This document shows positions 56,133 through 64,000 of a DNA stretch of 64,000 nt, piece by piece. The position numbers and the translations under genes are program-made. The stretch is taken from the NCBI GenBank assembly GCA_043807135.1, contig JAZDGF010000001.1, positions 68,573-132,572 on the forward strand. Direction: 5' to 3'. The DNA is from Candidatus Levyibacteriota bacterium. Lineage in GTDB: Bacteria; Patescibacteriota; Microgenomatia; Levybacterales; UBA12049. Each line of letters begins with the position of its first letter. Positions within the stretch are counted from its first letter, which is position 1. The notes under the pieces are model-generated. The model saw nothing but the letters and a program-made list of their open reading frames with translations, was not told the origin of the DNA and did no database searches.

Positions 56133-56840
56133 TTATTCTTTTTTCTGTTCATACTCTTCCTTTATAGGTCCTTCTTTTTTAACTTCTCCTTCTGCGCCTT
56201 CCTCGCCTTCGGCTGGTTCTTCACCTTCGGCAACTTCTCCTTCTGCGCCTTCCTCGCCTTCGGCTGGTTCTTCAGGTTCAGGCTCTTCAACAATTAGTTC
56301 TGCAATCTTTGCAACCACTTGTCCTGGATCTGTAAGAATAGTGACCCCAGAAGGTGACTTAAGATCAGCAACTGTAATCTGATCATTAACTGCAGCTAAA
56401 TTTTCTACATTTACCTCGATATTTTCAGGAAGCTCTTCAGGTAATGCCTCAACCTCAATTTCATGTAAAATTTCCATTAAAAGTCCAAGCTTTTCAGAAA
56501 CAGCAATAGGTTCTCCAATAAATGAAAGAGGAACCATTGTTTTTATTTTCTCTTTAAGATTTACTTTAAAAAAATCTGCGTGAAGGGGAGTTCTATGATA
56601 ATTAGTTTGAACACTATGGATAAGAGAAGGTATGGTTTTTCCATCAAACTCCACATCAACAATTCCCGTTGCACCAACTTGTTTGTAAATTTTATCAAAA
56701 TCATTAAAAGAAACCTGAACTGAAGCAGATTTAATGTCTTTGCCGTAGATATTGGCAGGAAGTATTCCTTCGCGTCTTAAATTCTTTACTTTTTTTCCTA
56801 AAATCTTTCTTTTTTCAACGCTAAGTTGAGGGTGTTTCAT
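56133..56840 (-). CDS. rplY: ribosomal protein bL25 / general stress protein Ctc with acidic repetitive C-terminal tail
   Basis: N-terminus LSVEKRKILGKKVKNLRREGILPANIYGK matches bL25. C-terminal (EGEEGAEGEV)x tail is encoded by a 43-bp tandem repeat. Confidence 0.82.
   Translation of the reverse strand: MKHPQLSVEKRKILGKKVKNLRREGILPANIYGKDIKSASVQVSFNDFDKIYKQVGATGIVDVEFDGKTIPSLIHSVQTNYHRTPLHADFFKVNLKEKIKTMVPLSFIGEPIAVSEKLGLLMEILHEIEVEALPEELPENIEVNVENLAAVNDQITVADLKSPSGVTILTDPGQVVAKIAELIVEEPEPEEPAEGEEGAEGEVAEGEEPAEGEEGAEGEVKKEGPIKEEYEQKKE
56182..56275. repeat. tandem direct repeat (~43 bp x2, period 51) inside rplY 3' end
   Basis: ACTTCTCCTTCTGCGCCTTCCTCGCCTTCGGCTGGTTCTTCA occurs at 56182-56224 and 56233-56275; it encodes the acidic AEGEEGAEGEV repeats. 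Confidence 0.85.
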
Positions 56841-56899
56841 AACTTGATATTTTACAGGAAAGAAATATGGATTACAAGAGTGCTATAATTTAAAAGAAA

Positions 56900-57385
56900 A
56901 TGCGCATTTTAGGAATTGACCCAGGAATAGGAAGAACAGGATGGGGGATTATTGAGGTACAAAGTTCAAAAATAAAAGTTCACAATTTTGGATGCATTGA
57001 AACACCTGCAGATGAGAGTGTTTCAAAAAGACTTGAAAGTATTTATGATAAAGTCTTAAAGCTTATAAAGATTCACAAACCCGAAGAAATGGCAGTAGAA
57101 GAACTTTTTTTTAATACAAACAGCAAAACTGCATTTATTGTAGGGCAGGCAAGAGGAGTAATTGTCTTAGCAGGAGAAAAAGCAAAGATTCCCAGCTTCT
57201 CCTATACTCCTCTCCAGGTAAAAATTGCCGTAACCGGTTACGGGAGGGCGGAGAAAGAACAGGTAGGAATAATGATTAAGAACCTGCTTGCTCTAAAAGT
57301 TATTCCTAAACCAGATGACGTAACAGATGCGCTTGCTGTTGCAATTACTCATAGCTCTTCAAGATCAAGTCAATTTAAAAAATAG
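56900..57385 (+). CDS. ruvC: Holliday junction resolvase RuvC
   Basis: MRILGIDPGIGRTGWGIIE (catalytic D7), EELFF, ITGYGRAEKEQV, DALAVAITH. Confidence 0.9.
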   Translation: MRILGIDPGIGRTGWGIIEVQSSKIKVHNFGCIETPADESVSKRLESIYDKVLKLIKIHKPEEMAVEELFFNTNSKTAFIVGQARGVIVLAGEKAKIPSFSYTPLQVKIAVTGYGRAEKEQVGIMIKNLLALKVIPKPDDVTDALAVAITHSSSRSSQFKK

Positions 57386-57408
57386 CTATGTTATAATCAG
57401 AAAGCTTT

Positions 57409-57984
57409 ATGATAGGTTCTTTAAAAGGAGTAATTGAAATATTAGACCATCCGTATGCGCTAATCAATGTTAATGGAATAGGATATAAGGTTTTACTTCA
57501 TGGGACACTTCTTTCAGGTCTTAAGCTAAATGATTCAATAAAGATATTTACATACACACATGTAAAAGAAGATGCCTTAGAGTTGTTTGGTTTTTCAAGA
57601 TTTGAAGATCTTAAGCTTTTTGAAAATTTAATATCAGTATCGGGAGTAGGTCCTAAAACAGCAATTTCTATTTTTTCCTGTGGAACAAGAGAGGAAATAA
57701 TAGAGGCAATAGTGAAAGGGGACGTAAGTTTTTTTACAGATGTTCCTAGACTTGGGCGAAAAAATGCTCAAAAGATTATTATCGAGCTTAAAAATAAAAT
57801 GGGGAGCATTGAGGATCTTGATTTGTCAAAAGAAGGAAAAAGTGAAAATAATGAAGTAGTAATGGCGCTTAAAGGATTTGGGTTTTCGGTAAAAGAAGCA
57901 CAAACTGCTTTAAGAGCTGTAAGAAATGAAGCAAAAACAGTAGAGGAAAAAATCAAATTGGCTCTTAAGCATTTAGGAAAATAG
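57409..57984 (+). CDS. ruvA: Holliday junction branch-migration protein RuvA
   Basis: MIGSLKG...; HhH motifs LISVSGVGPKTAISI; C-terminal domain III. Confidence 0.9.
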   Translation: MIGSLKGVIEILDHPYALINVNGIGYKVLLHGTLLSGLKLNDSIKIFTYTHVKEDALELFGFSRFEDLKLFENLISVSGVGPKTAISIFSCGTREEIIEAIVKGDVSFFTDVPRLGRKNAQKIIIELKNKMGSIEDLDLSKEGKSENNEVVMALKGFGFSVKEAQTALRAVRNEAKTVEEKIKLALKHLGK

Positions 57985-57999
57985 TCTTTATTACTTGTT

Positions 58000-59046
58000 A
58001 TGGATAAATCAAAAATAAAATCAAAAAAAGATATTGAAGAAAATAACCCTGAAGAAGAAGTTTTATTTATTTCTCTTCGTGCCAAAGAGTGGAATGATTT
58101 TGCAGGGCAAAAAAATATCAAGGAATCTTTGAAAATTGCAATTACTGCCGCAAAAAAGCGAAAAGAAGCAATAGAGCATATTCTTCTTTATGGTCCTCCA
58201 GGGCTAGGTAAAACAACACTATCTCACTTAATTGCTAAAGAAATGGAAAGTAATATTAGGGTGACTTCAGGACCTGCTATAGAAAGAGCAGGAGATCTTG
58301 CTTCAATCTTAACAAATCTAGAAGAGGGAGATATTCTCTTTATTGATGAAATTCATAGACTGAATAAGGTTGTTGAAGAAACCCTTTATCCGGCAATGGA
58401 AGATTATGCATTAGACATTATTATAGGAAAGGGTCCTTCTGCACGAACTTTAAGACTTGATCTTCCGCATTTCACAATTATTGGAGCAACAACCAGAATT
58501 GGTCTTTTGTCTTCTCCAATGAGAGATCGCTTTGGTGTTGTGCATCGTTTAAATTTCTACTTTCCAAATGAGCTTGAAGAAATTATTTTAAAAGCAGCAA
58601 AAAAATTGTCGGTTCCAATTGATAAAGAGTCTGTTAGGGAAATTTCAAAAAGAGGAAGGGGAACACCAAGAATTGCTTTAAAGCTTTTAAAAAGAATAAG
58701 AGATTTTGCCCAGGTAAGAGGAGAAGGTAAGATTAATAAAACTTTAATAAAAGATGCCTTAAAAATGCTTGAGGTAGATGAAATAGGATTGGATAACTCA
58801 GACATAAGATACATAAAAGCAATTATTGAAAAACACGCTGGTGGTCCAGTTGGGATAGAAACAATAGCAGCAACAATTGCAGAAGACATTGGCACAATAG
58901 AGGATGTAATTGAACCATTTTTAATGCAAACAGGTCTTTTAAAAAAAACTAATAGAGGTAGAATGGTGACAAAAGCAGCATATCATCATTTTTCTCTAAA
59001 TTTTCCTAAGGAAAATTTAGAGAAAAAACAACAGAAGTTATTATAG
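58000..59046 (+). CDS. ruvB: Holliday junction branch-migration ATPase RuvB
   Basis: Walker [14 protein letters not shown], Walker [11 protein letters not shown], sensor motifs, winged-helix C-terminus. Confidence 0.93.
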   Translation: MDKSKIKSKKDIEENNPEEEVLFISLRAKEWNDFAGQKNIKESLKIAITAAKKRKEAIEHILLYGPPGLGKTTLSHLIAKEMESNIRVTSGPAIERAGDLASILTNLEEGDILFIDEIHRLNKVVEETLYPAMEDYALDIIIGKGPSARTLRLDLPHFTIIGATTRIGLLSSPMRDRFGVVHRLNFYFPNELEEIILKAAKKLSVPIDKESVREISKRGRGTPRIALKLLKRIRDFAQVRGEGKINKTLIKDALKMLEVDEIGLDNSDIRYIKAIIEKHAGGPVGIETIAATIAEDIGTIEDVIEPFLMQTGLLKKTNRGRMVTKAAYHHFSLNFPKENLEKKQQKLL

Positions 59047-60795
59047 CTATTTACAATTCCCCTGGTACTTGAACAAATAAATATTTGAAAGCTTCTTGTT
59101 TGATGTTGAATAAAAAGATGCAAGGTTATGTAAAGCAGGACAGAAAAAAGGATCAAGTTTTAATATATTTTCGTAAATTTTAATTTCCTGATCTTTTAGT
59201 CCTGTTTTATTTAAAAACACTGATAGTTTTATTAATGACACTTTATTATCAAAATCAATATTAGAAAACTTTAGATCATTAACATCCATTTTATATTTTT
59301 CAATAACATCTTTATTTTCTAAATTATCCTTAACAAGAATTATTACATAATCATCGATGTAAATAATTTTCCAGTTATTATTTCTTACAATTTTAAAAAG
59401 AAAAGAATTTGCCCAAGGTGTTTGGTCAAGATACGAAAAAAAGATAACATTAAATTTATATTTACTATCTACTCTGTTAAAAACACTTTCTTCATATTGC
59501 ATAGGAATATACACATCTTTAAAGAATTCTGCGGGGTATTCTCCCGGTCTCCCGTCAATAAAAACCTTAGTTTTTGGGTAAAAACGGTAATCAAGGTAAC
59601 TTCCGATGTCAAAGTTGTTAAAAATTGGATTTTTCAAATTATTTTCAATAAAAAAGTTAGCTGCCTTTTCAGCACCCATATCAACTCCGAATCCAAATCC
59701 CTTTGACCCAGAAACCTGAAATATCTGTAAAATTAAAACTAGCAAAAGAATATAGTAGATATATTTATGTATTGTTTTTGGAATATTTTTTGCAATAATT
59801 GTGTAATTATACGTAAAGGCAATAAATGTCCCAAATACAAAAAGAGGAAAGTTTCTGATTGCTATTACACAGAGATAAATAAAAAGAACTGAAAGAAAGA
59901 AGTCAATTAACCTTGCCTTTTTTAAAAGAACAATAAAACTAAGAAGAAGAAGAGTAGCTGAAATTACAAAATAGATAATTGTTTGTTTTTGAAAATAATT
60001 CCATAATAATAAAATGTTTTGATTTTCTTCTATAGTATATCCATAATTTTGCTGAAAGATAAAAGGATAGATTGCGCCTTTTAGATAATTAGGGTTTAGA
60101 AATGTTGAAAAAAGAGAAAGGGTAAAAACTAAGAAAAAAACCTTTGTTTTAGTTGAGAGTAAATCTTTTTTATTTATTATTAAGTTTTCTACTAAGAATA
60201 AAAATAAAACAGCAAGGCCAACAATAAAATAGATATGCATGTTTACCCATAAAAGTTCTATAAAGGGGAGTATTAAAATCCAGTAAGTAAATTTTTTACG
60301 GTATTTATAAAGAATAAAAATAAAAATAGATAAAAATAAATAACTAAAGATTTCTGGCCTTATATCAGTTCTTTCAAAAAGAATACGTAAATAAAGTATG
60401 GAACCTATAGTAATAACAATAGGAGAGTTTTTGTTTTTTAATGCTTTTAAAAATATTAATAAAAATGCAACTATTACAATAATTGTAGAAAAAATTAAAA
60501 GACCGTTAAAATTTATTAATTTAAAGACTAGATAAAAAATTACCTCAGATAGCCAATGCAAATTTATAAATGGAAAGTCTGGGTATGTGTAAGAGAAAAG
60601 ATTTGTTTTTGGAATACTAAAATTTTTTAAAATTATTTCTCCCAGTAGCAAATGACGTCCCAGGTCTTGGGTTATCGCTCTTATTGGATGGAAAAAACCA
60701 ACAAATAAAAGTAAAAAAATACCAAAGAATGCAATATACTTTTCAATTTTCATAGAAACATAATTTATCTTGCATTGTAAGCTATATAATACCAT
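59047..60795 (-). CDS. large polytopic membrane protein, putative glycosyltransferase (GT-C-like) with C-terminal TPR segment
   Basis: 582 aa, >10 TM helices, periplasmic loop region; C-terminal IYENILKLDPFFCPALHNLASFY is TPR-like. Family assignment is inference. Confidence 0.45.
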   Translation of the reverse strand: MVLYSLQCKINYVSMKIEKYIAFFGIFLLLFVGFFHPIRAITQDLGRHLLLGEIILKNFSIPKTNLFSYTYPDFPFINLHWLSEVIFYLVFKLINFNGLLIFSTIIVIVAFLLIFLKALKNKNSPIVITIGSILYLRILFERTDIRPEIFSYLFLSIFIFILYKYRKKFTYWILILPFIELLWVNMHIYFIVGLAVLFLFLVENLIINKKDLLSTKTKVFFLVFTLSLFSTFLNPNYLKGAIYPFIFQQNYGYTIEENQNILLLWNYFQKQTIIYFVISATLLLLSFIVLLKKARLIDFFLSVLFIYLCVIAIRNFPLFVFGTFIAFTYNYTIIAKNIPKTIHKYIYYILLLVLILQIFQVSGSKGFGFGVDMGAEKAANFFIENNLKNPIFNNFDIGSYLDYRFYPKTKVFIDGRPGEYPAEFFKDVYIPMQYEESVFNRVDSKYKFNVIFFSYLDQTPWANSFLFKIVRNNNWKIIYIDDYVIILVKDNLENKDVIEKYKMDVNDLKFSNIDFDNKVSLIKLSVFLNKTGLKDQEIKIYENILKLDPFFCPALHNLASFYSTSNKKLSNIYLFKYQGNCK

Positions 60796-60850
60796 TTTAA
60801 AAAAAAGATAACTTACAAAGCGTTGACAATAAAAATATAAAACGGTAAAC

Positions 60851-62005
60851 TTGGTTATGGAGTCTGGTAAAATTAATTCCTCACCTGGCTTAACCTTCGA
60901 TGACGTTCTACTTCTCCCAAATTATACTGAATTTTTAAGATCAGAAATAAATCTTTCTACAAAGCTTACCAAAAAAATAAAACTTACAATTCCTTTTGTT
61001 TCTGCCCCAATGGATACTGTTACGGAAAGTAAGCTGGCAATTGAACTTGCAAGATTGGGAGGAATTGGAATAATTCATAGAAATTTAACAATAGAGAATC
61101 AAGCAAATGAAGTTAAAAAAACAAAAAAACAAAAACTTTTAGTAGGCGCTGCAATTGGAGCAAGCAATGGAGTTGAAGAAAGAATAAAAGTCTTACAAAA
61201 AGCAGGAGTAGATGTGCTAGTTGTTGATTCGGCGCATGGCTATTCAAAAGGAGTAATAGCCACAGTTAAGTATATTAGAAAAAGCTATCCTAAGATGGAT
61301 ATAATTGCCGGAAATATTGCAACCTATGATGGAGCAGTTGCTTTAATAAAAGCAGGCGTTGATGGTCTTCGTGTTGGTATGGGTCCTGGAGCAATTTGTA
61401 CAACCAGAATAATTTCCGGCATGGGGGTTCCTCAAATTACTGCAATACTAGAGACTGTAAGAGCTGTAAAAAAAACAGGAATACCGATTATTGCAGATGG
61501 TGGAATTAAATATTCAGGAGATATAACAAAAGCTTTAGCAGCAGGTGCGTCTACAATTATGATGGGAAGTTTTTTTGCGGCAGCAAAAGAATCTCCTGGG
61601 AAAACATTCCTTCTTAAAAAAGAAGAGGTACCGGATAGATTTAAGAGTATCTTTAATCATAAACATACGAGTTTCCTTTTCAAGCAATACCGAGGTATGG
61701 GATCAATTTCTGCAATGAAAAAAGGTGCAAAAATAAAATCAGAAGATGAATTCCATGGTAAAAATTATAAAGACAGAACATTGGTTGCAGAAGGAGTAGA
61801 AGGAATGGTACTTGTTAAAGGAACAGTAAGGGAATTACTTGATCAGGCAATTGGAGGAGTTAAATCAGGAATGTATTATGTGGGAGCCAAAAACATTGAA
61901 GAGCTCTGGAAAAATGCAAAGTTTATTCAAATAACTCAAGCGTCTCTTGGAGAAAGTCATCCTCATAGTATTTTGGTAACAAATCCTGGAAAAAACTACT
62001 CATAA
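60851..62005 (+). CDS. guaB: IMP dehydrogenase family protein lacking CBS subdomain
   Basis: GLTFDDVLLLP..., GGIGIIHRN, catalytic Cys loop GMGPGAICTTR, IADGGI, GASTIMMGS. No CBS pair between IIHRN and LLVGAAIG. 384 aa. Confidence 0.82.
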   Translation: MVMESGKINSSPGLTFDDVLLLPNYTEFLRSEINLSTKLTKKIKLTIPFVSAPMDTVTESKLAIELARLGGIGIIHRNLTIENQANEVKKTKKQKLLVGAAIGASNGVEERIKVLQKAGVDVLVVDSAHGYSKGVIATVKYIRKSYPKMDIIAGNIATYDGAVALIKAGVDGLRVGMGPGAICTTRIISGMGVPQITAILETVRAVKKTGIPIIADGGIKYSGDITKALAAGASTIMMGSFFAAAKESPGKTFLLKKEEVPDRFKSIFNHKHTSFLFKQYRGMGSISAMKKGAKIKSEDEFHGKNYKDRTLVAEGVEGMVLVKGTVRELLDQAIGGVKSGMYYVGAKNIEELWKNAKFIQITQASLGESHPHSILVTNPGKNYS

Positions 62006-62088
62006 TTATGATTTATATTATTGATTTTGGATCACACTAACTCATCTTGTTTAAAGAATATTTAAAGAAGTAAATATTGAAACAAGAA

Positions 62089-63501
62089 TTATAGTTTTTT
62101 TAAAAATCTTTCAGTTCTTTCTCTTGCATTTCCTGTATGTTTTTCTGGAGTAAAATATTTTAAAATTTCTTCTCCCTTTATATATTTATTAATCCTTTTA
62201 TCTTTTATTAAGAGTTCAATTAAATTATTTTCTTTTCCGCTTGAAACATTTTTCCAGGCAAGCATAGAGTTTTCTCTAATTGCTTCATGCACTCCTTGTC
62301 TGTCTGCGCCCCTTTTTACAAGTCCCATCATTAAGCTTTCTGTGGAAGAAAAAATTCCATACTTTTTAAGATTTACTTTAATAACGTTTTCAAAAATAAC
62401 AAGGTCTTTTATAATTGAATTAGTTGTTTTTAAGCATTCATCTATTGCCAAAAAAGCTTCTGGCATGAAAACTCTTTTCGCAGCAGAATCATCAAGAGTT
62501 CTTTCCAAAAGACTCATTGCCGGATTTGACCAAGCTACCTGAAAAAGAGAAGAAGCAAATCTACACAGTGAACAAATCTTTTCTGCCTTGTCCGGATTTT
62601 TTTTAAAAGGCATTGCAGAGGAACCAACCCTTTTTTTGCTTATTGGCTCACTCCACTCTCCGAAATTTGGAGACTGCATAATTCTTAAATCAAAACTAAA
62701 TTTATGTAAAGAAGAGGCAATATTTGCTAAAGCTTCAATTATTAATAAGTCAATTTTTCTTGGATATGTTTGTCCTGAAACATCAACAGCATCAATTTTA
62801 AGATTCTTCATTACTTCTTTTTCTAAATCAAAAGAATTCATTTTAGTATCTTTTAATAAATGTTCATAGCTTGCAGAAGTTCCGACAGCTCCTTTTATAC
62901 CTTTCCCTTTAATAAAGCTTTCAATTTTTTCAATAAATTCAAAATCCCATAAAAGATCCTGAGCATAAAGACTTAATCTATATCCAATTGTTGTTGGTTC
63001 CGCTGGTTGGAGATGCGTATATCCCATGCAGGGAGTATTTTTATATTTTCTAATTTGTTTTTCAAAATTTTTTATTACTTCTTTTAATTTACTTTTAATT
63101 AAATCAAGAGATTTTTTAGTAAGTAAGAGATCGGCATTATCAACGATATCCATAGAGGTTGCTCCCAAATGAATTTTCCCTCCTCCTATTTTGCATTGTT
63201 CGGCATAAGTTTTTATTTCAGCCATTAAGTCATGATAAATTTCTTTTTCGATTTCATGAGCTCTTTTTATATCAATATTGTCTTTATGATTTTCAATATC
63301 TTTTAATTCTTCTCTAGTGATAATTCCTGCTTTGTGTTGTGCTTTTGCAAGCTCTACCCAAATTGTTCTCCAAACTTTTCTTTTATTTTCCTCAGACCAT
63401 ATTTTTCGCATTTCATGAGATCCGTAACGCCAAGAAAAAGGCGAGAGATATGTATCAAAATTTAATTTATCCATAGGGAAATTATAGTATAAACTTTTCA
63501 A
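62089..63501 (-). CDS. purB: adenylosuccinate lyase
   Basis: Fumarate-lyase signature GSSAMPFKKNP, GATSMDIVDNA, purB-like length and C-terminal domain. Confidence 0.88.
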   Translation of the reverse strand: MKSLYYNFPMDKLNFDTYLSPFSWRYGSHEMRKIWSEENKRKVWRTIWVELAKAQHKAGIITREELKDIENHKDNIDIKRAHEIEKEIYHDLMAEIKTYAEQCKIGGGKIHLGATSMDIVDNADLLLTKKSLDLIKSKLKEVIKNFEKQIRKYKNTPCMGYTHLQPAEPTTIGYRLSLYAQDLLWDFEFIEKIESFIKGKGIKGAVGTSASYEHLLKDTKMNSFDLEKEVMKNLKIDAVDVSGQTYPRKIDLLIIEALANIASSLHKFSFDLRIMQSPNFGEWSEPISKKRVGSSAMPFKKNPDKAEKICSLCRFASSLFQVAWSNPAMSLLERTLDDSAAKRVFMPEAFLAIDECLKTTNSIIKDLVIFENVIKVNLKKYGIFSSTESLMMGLVKRGADRQGVHEAIRENSMLAWKNVSSGKENNLIELLIKDKRINKYIKGEEILKYFTPEKHTGNARERTERFLKKL

Positions 63502-63502
63502 T

Positions 63503-64000
63503 TACATAAGCAAGTCCATCTTCTTCAACCGTTGGCGCAACAAAATCAGCAATATCTTTTAATTCTTCAACAGCATTTCCCATGGCAACTCTAAACCCTG
63601 CTGCCATAAAAAGCGGAAAATCGTTATGTCCATCACCAACAACAATAATTTCATGAGTATTAATTTTTAAATGTCTTGCTAGTTTTAAAACAGCGTATTG
63701 TTTTGTAGCTTTAACATGGGAAACAAGAATTGCCCTTGTTCCTGTTCTCCAGCCGGAAATTTCATGAATAGAGATTGTTGGTACATGCGAAATTGAAGCA
63801 ATTGTTTTACCTGCCTCTTCAGGAGTTAATCCAGGAACGTAAATATTAAAAGGCTTTTCAGGATTATACTTATTAGTAAATTCAATGTCTCTTTCGTTAT
63901 CTTGAATAAATATAGGTACGGGAAGTTTTAGTTTTTTTAAAAGTTTACAAGTTTTAACAACATCTTCTTTATTAATTGTTTGCTCAAAAACTATTTTTTT
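63503..64000 (-). CDS. HAD-superfamily Cof-type hydrolase (partial; N-terminus beyond window end)
   Basis: C-terminal region ...THEIIVVGDGHNDFPLFMAAGFRVAMGNAVEELKDIADFVAPTVEEDGLAYV* matches the HAD-IIB Cof family (GDG.ND..M). Confidence 0.7.

Noticed and set aside
1-64000. CRISPR arrays, rRNA genes, toxin-antitoxin pairs, restriction-modification or other recognisable defence systems
   Set aside because: No regularly spaced short repeats, no rRNA-like conserved segments, and no ORFs with nuclease, methyltransferase or toxin motifs were seen. The only repeats are the 28-bp direct repeat at 26918-27007 and the in-gene tandem repeat in rplY.

Overview
Low-GC, gene-dense bacterial chromosome segment. 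Protein styles, small genes and the gene repertoire suggest a Candidate Phyla Radiation / Patescibacteria-like genome, but this is inference, not a database hit.

Right-hand core block (43.3-64 kb): a canonical replication-origin neighbourhood. dnaN-dnaA on the minus strand diverge from rpmH-rnpA-yidD-yidC-jag on the plus strand, with DnaA boxes in both intergenic regions. Further housekeeping genes follow: O-antigen-ligase-like gene, flippase, RNase H, DUF4012 protein, valS, rplY, ruvCAB, CBS-less IMPDH, purB and a partial HAD/Cof hydrolase.

Left-hand block (1-25.4 kb): partial pgk, a CvpA-CAP fusion, two tandem class A PBPs, an rpe-rpiB-DUF2090-PfkB sugar cluster, a LytR_C protein, a SpoIID-domain protein, smpB with tmRNA immediately downstream, comFC, a histidine phosphatase, a P-type ATPase, a DedA-PAP2-LssY fusion and a NUDIX hydrolase.

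Six tRNA genes sit in this block: four different tRNA-Ser isoacceptors (GCT, TGA, CGA, GGA) and one tRNA read as Arg with anticodon GCG. The tRNA-Ser(TGA) gene is followed by an ORF-poor 1.8 kb stretch.

Most striking feature: an ~18 kb block (25.4-43.3 kb) wedged between the tRNA array and the origin. It resembles a Gram-positive/CPR-style type IV secretion / pilus-like system. It carries:
- a VirB6-like polytopic membrane protein;
- a 1009-aa acidic orphan protein;
- an ATPase-OmpR-wHTH regulator;
- four small pilin-like paralogs sharing a 'GG.xW..SQGDK.KV' motif, one of them apparently start-less;
- coiled-coil and tail-anchored proteins and a VirB3-like membrane protein;
- a VirB4-family ATPase;
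- an 1126-aa membrane-anchored triple peptidoglycan hydrolase (two glucosaminidase-like domains plus Amidase_3) and a secreted NlpC/P60 peptidase.
No VirD4, relaxase or VirB11 is visible.

No rRNA, CRISPR array, IS element or integrase was recognised.
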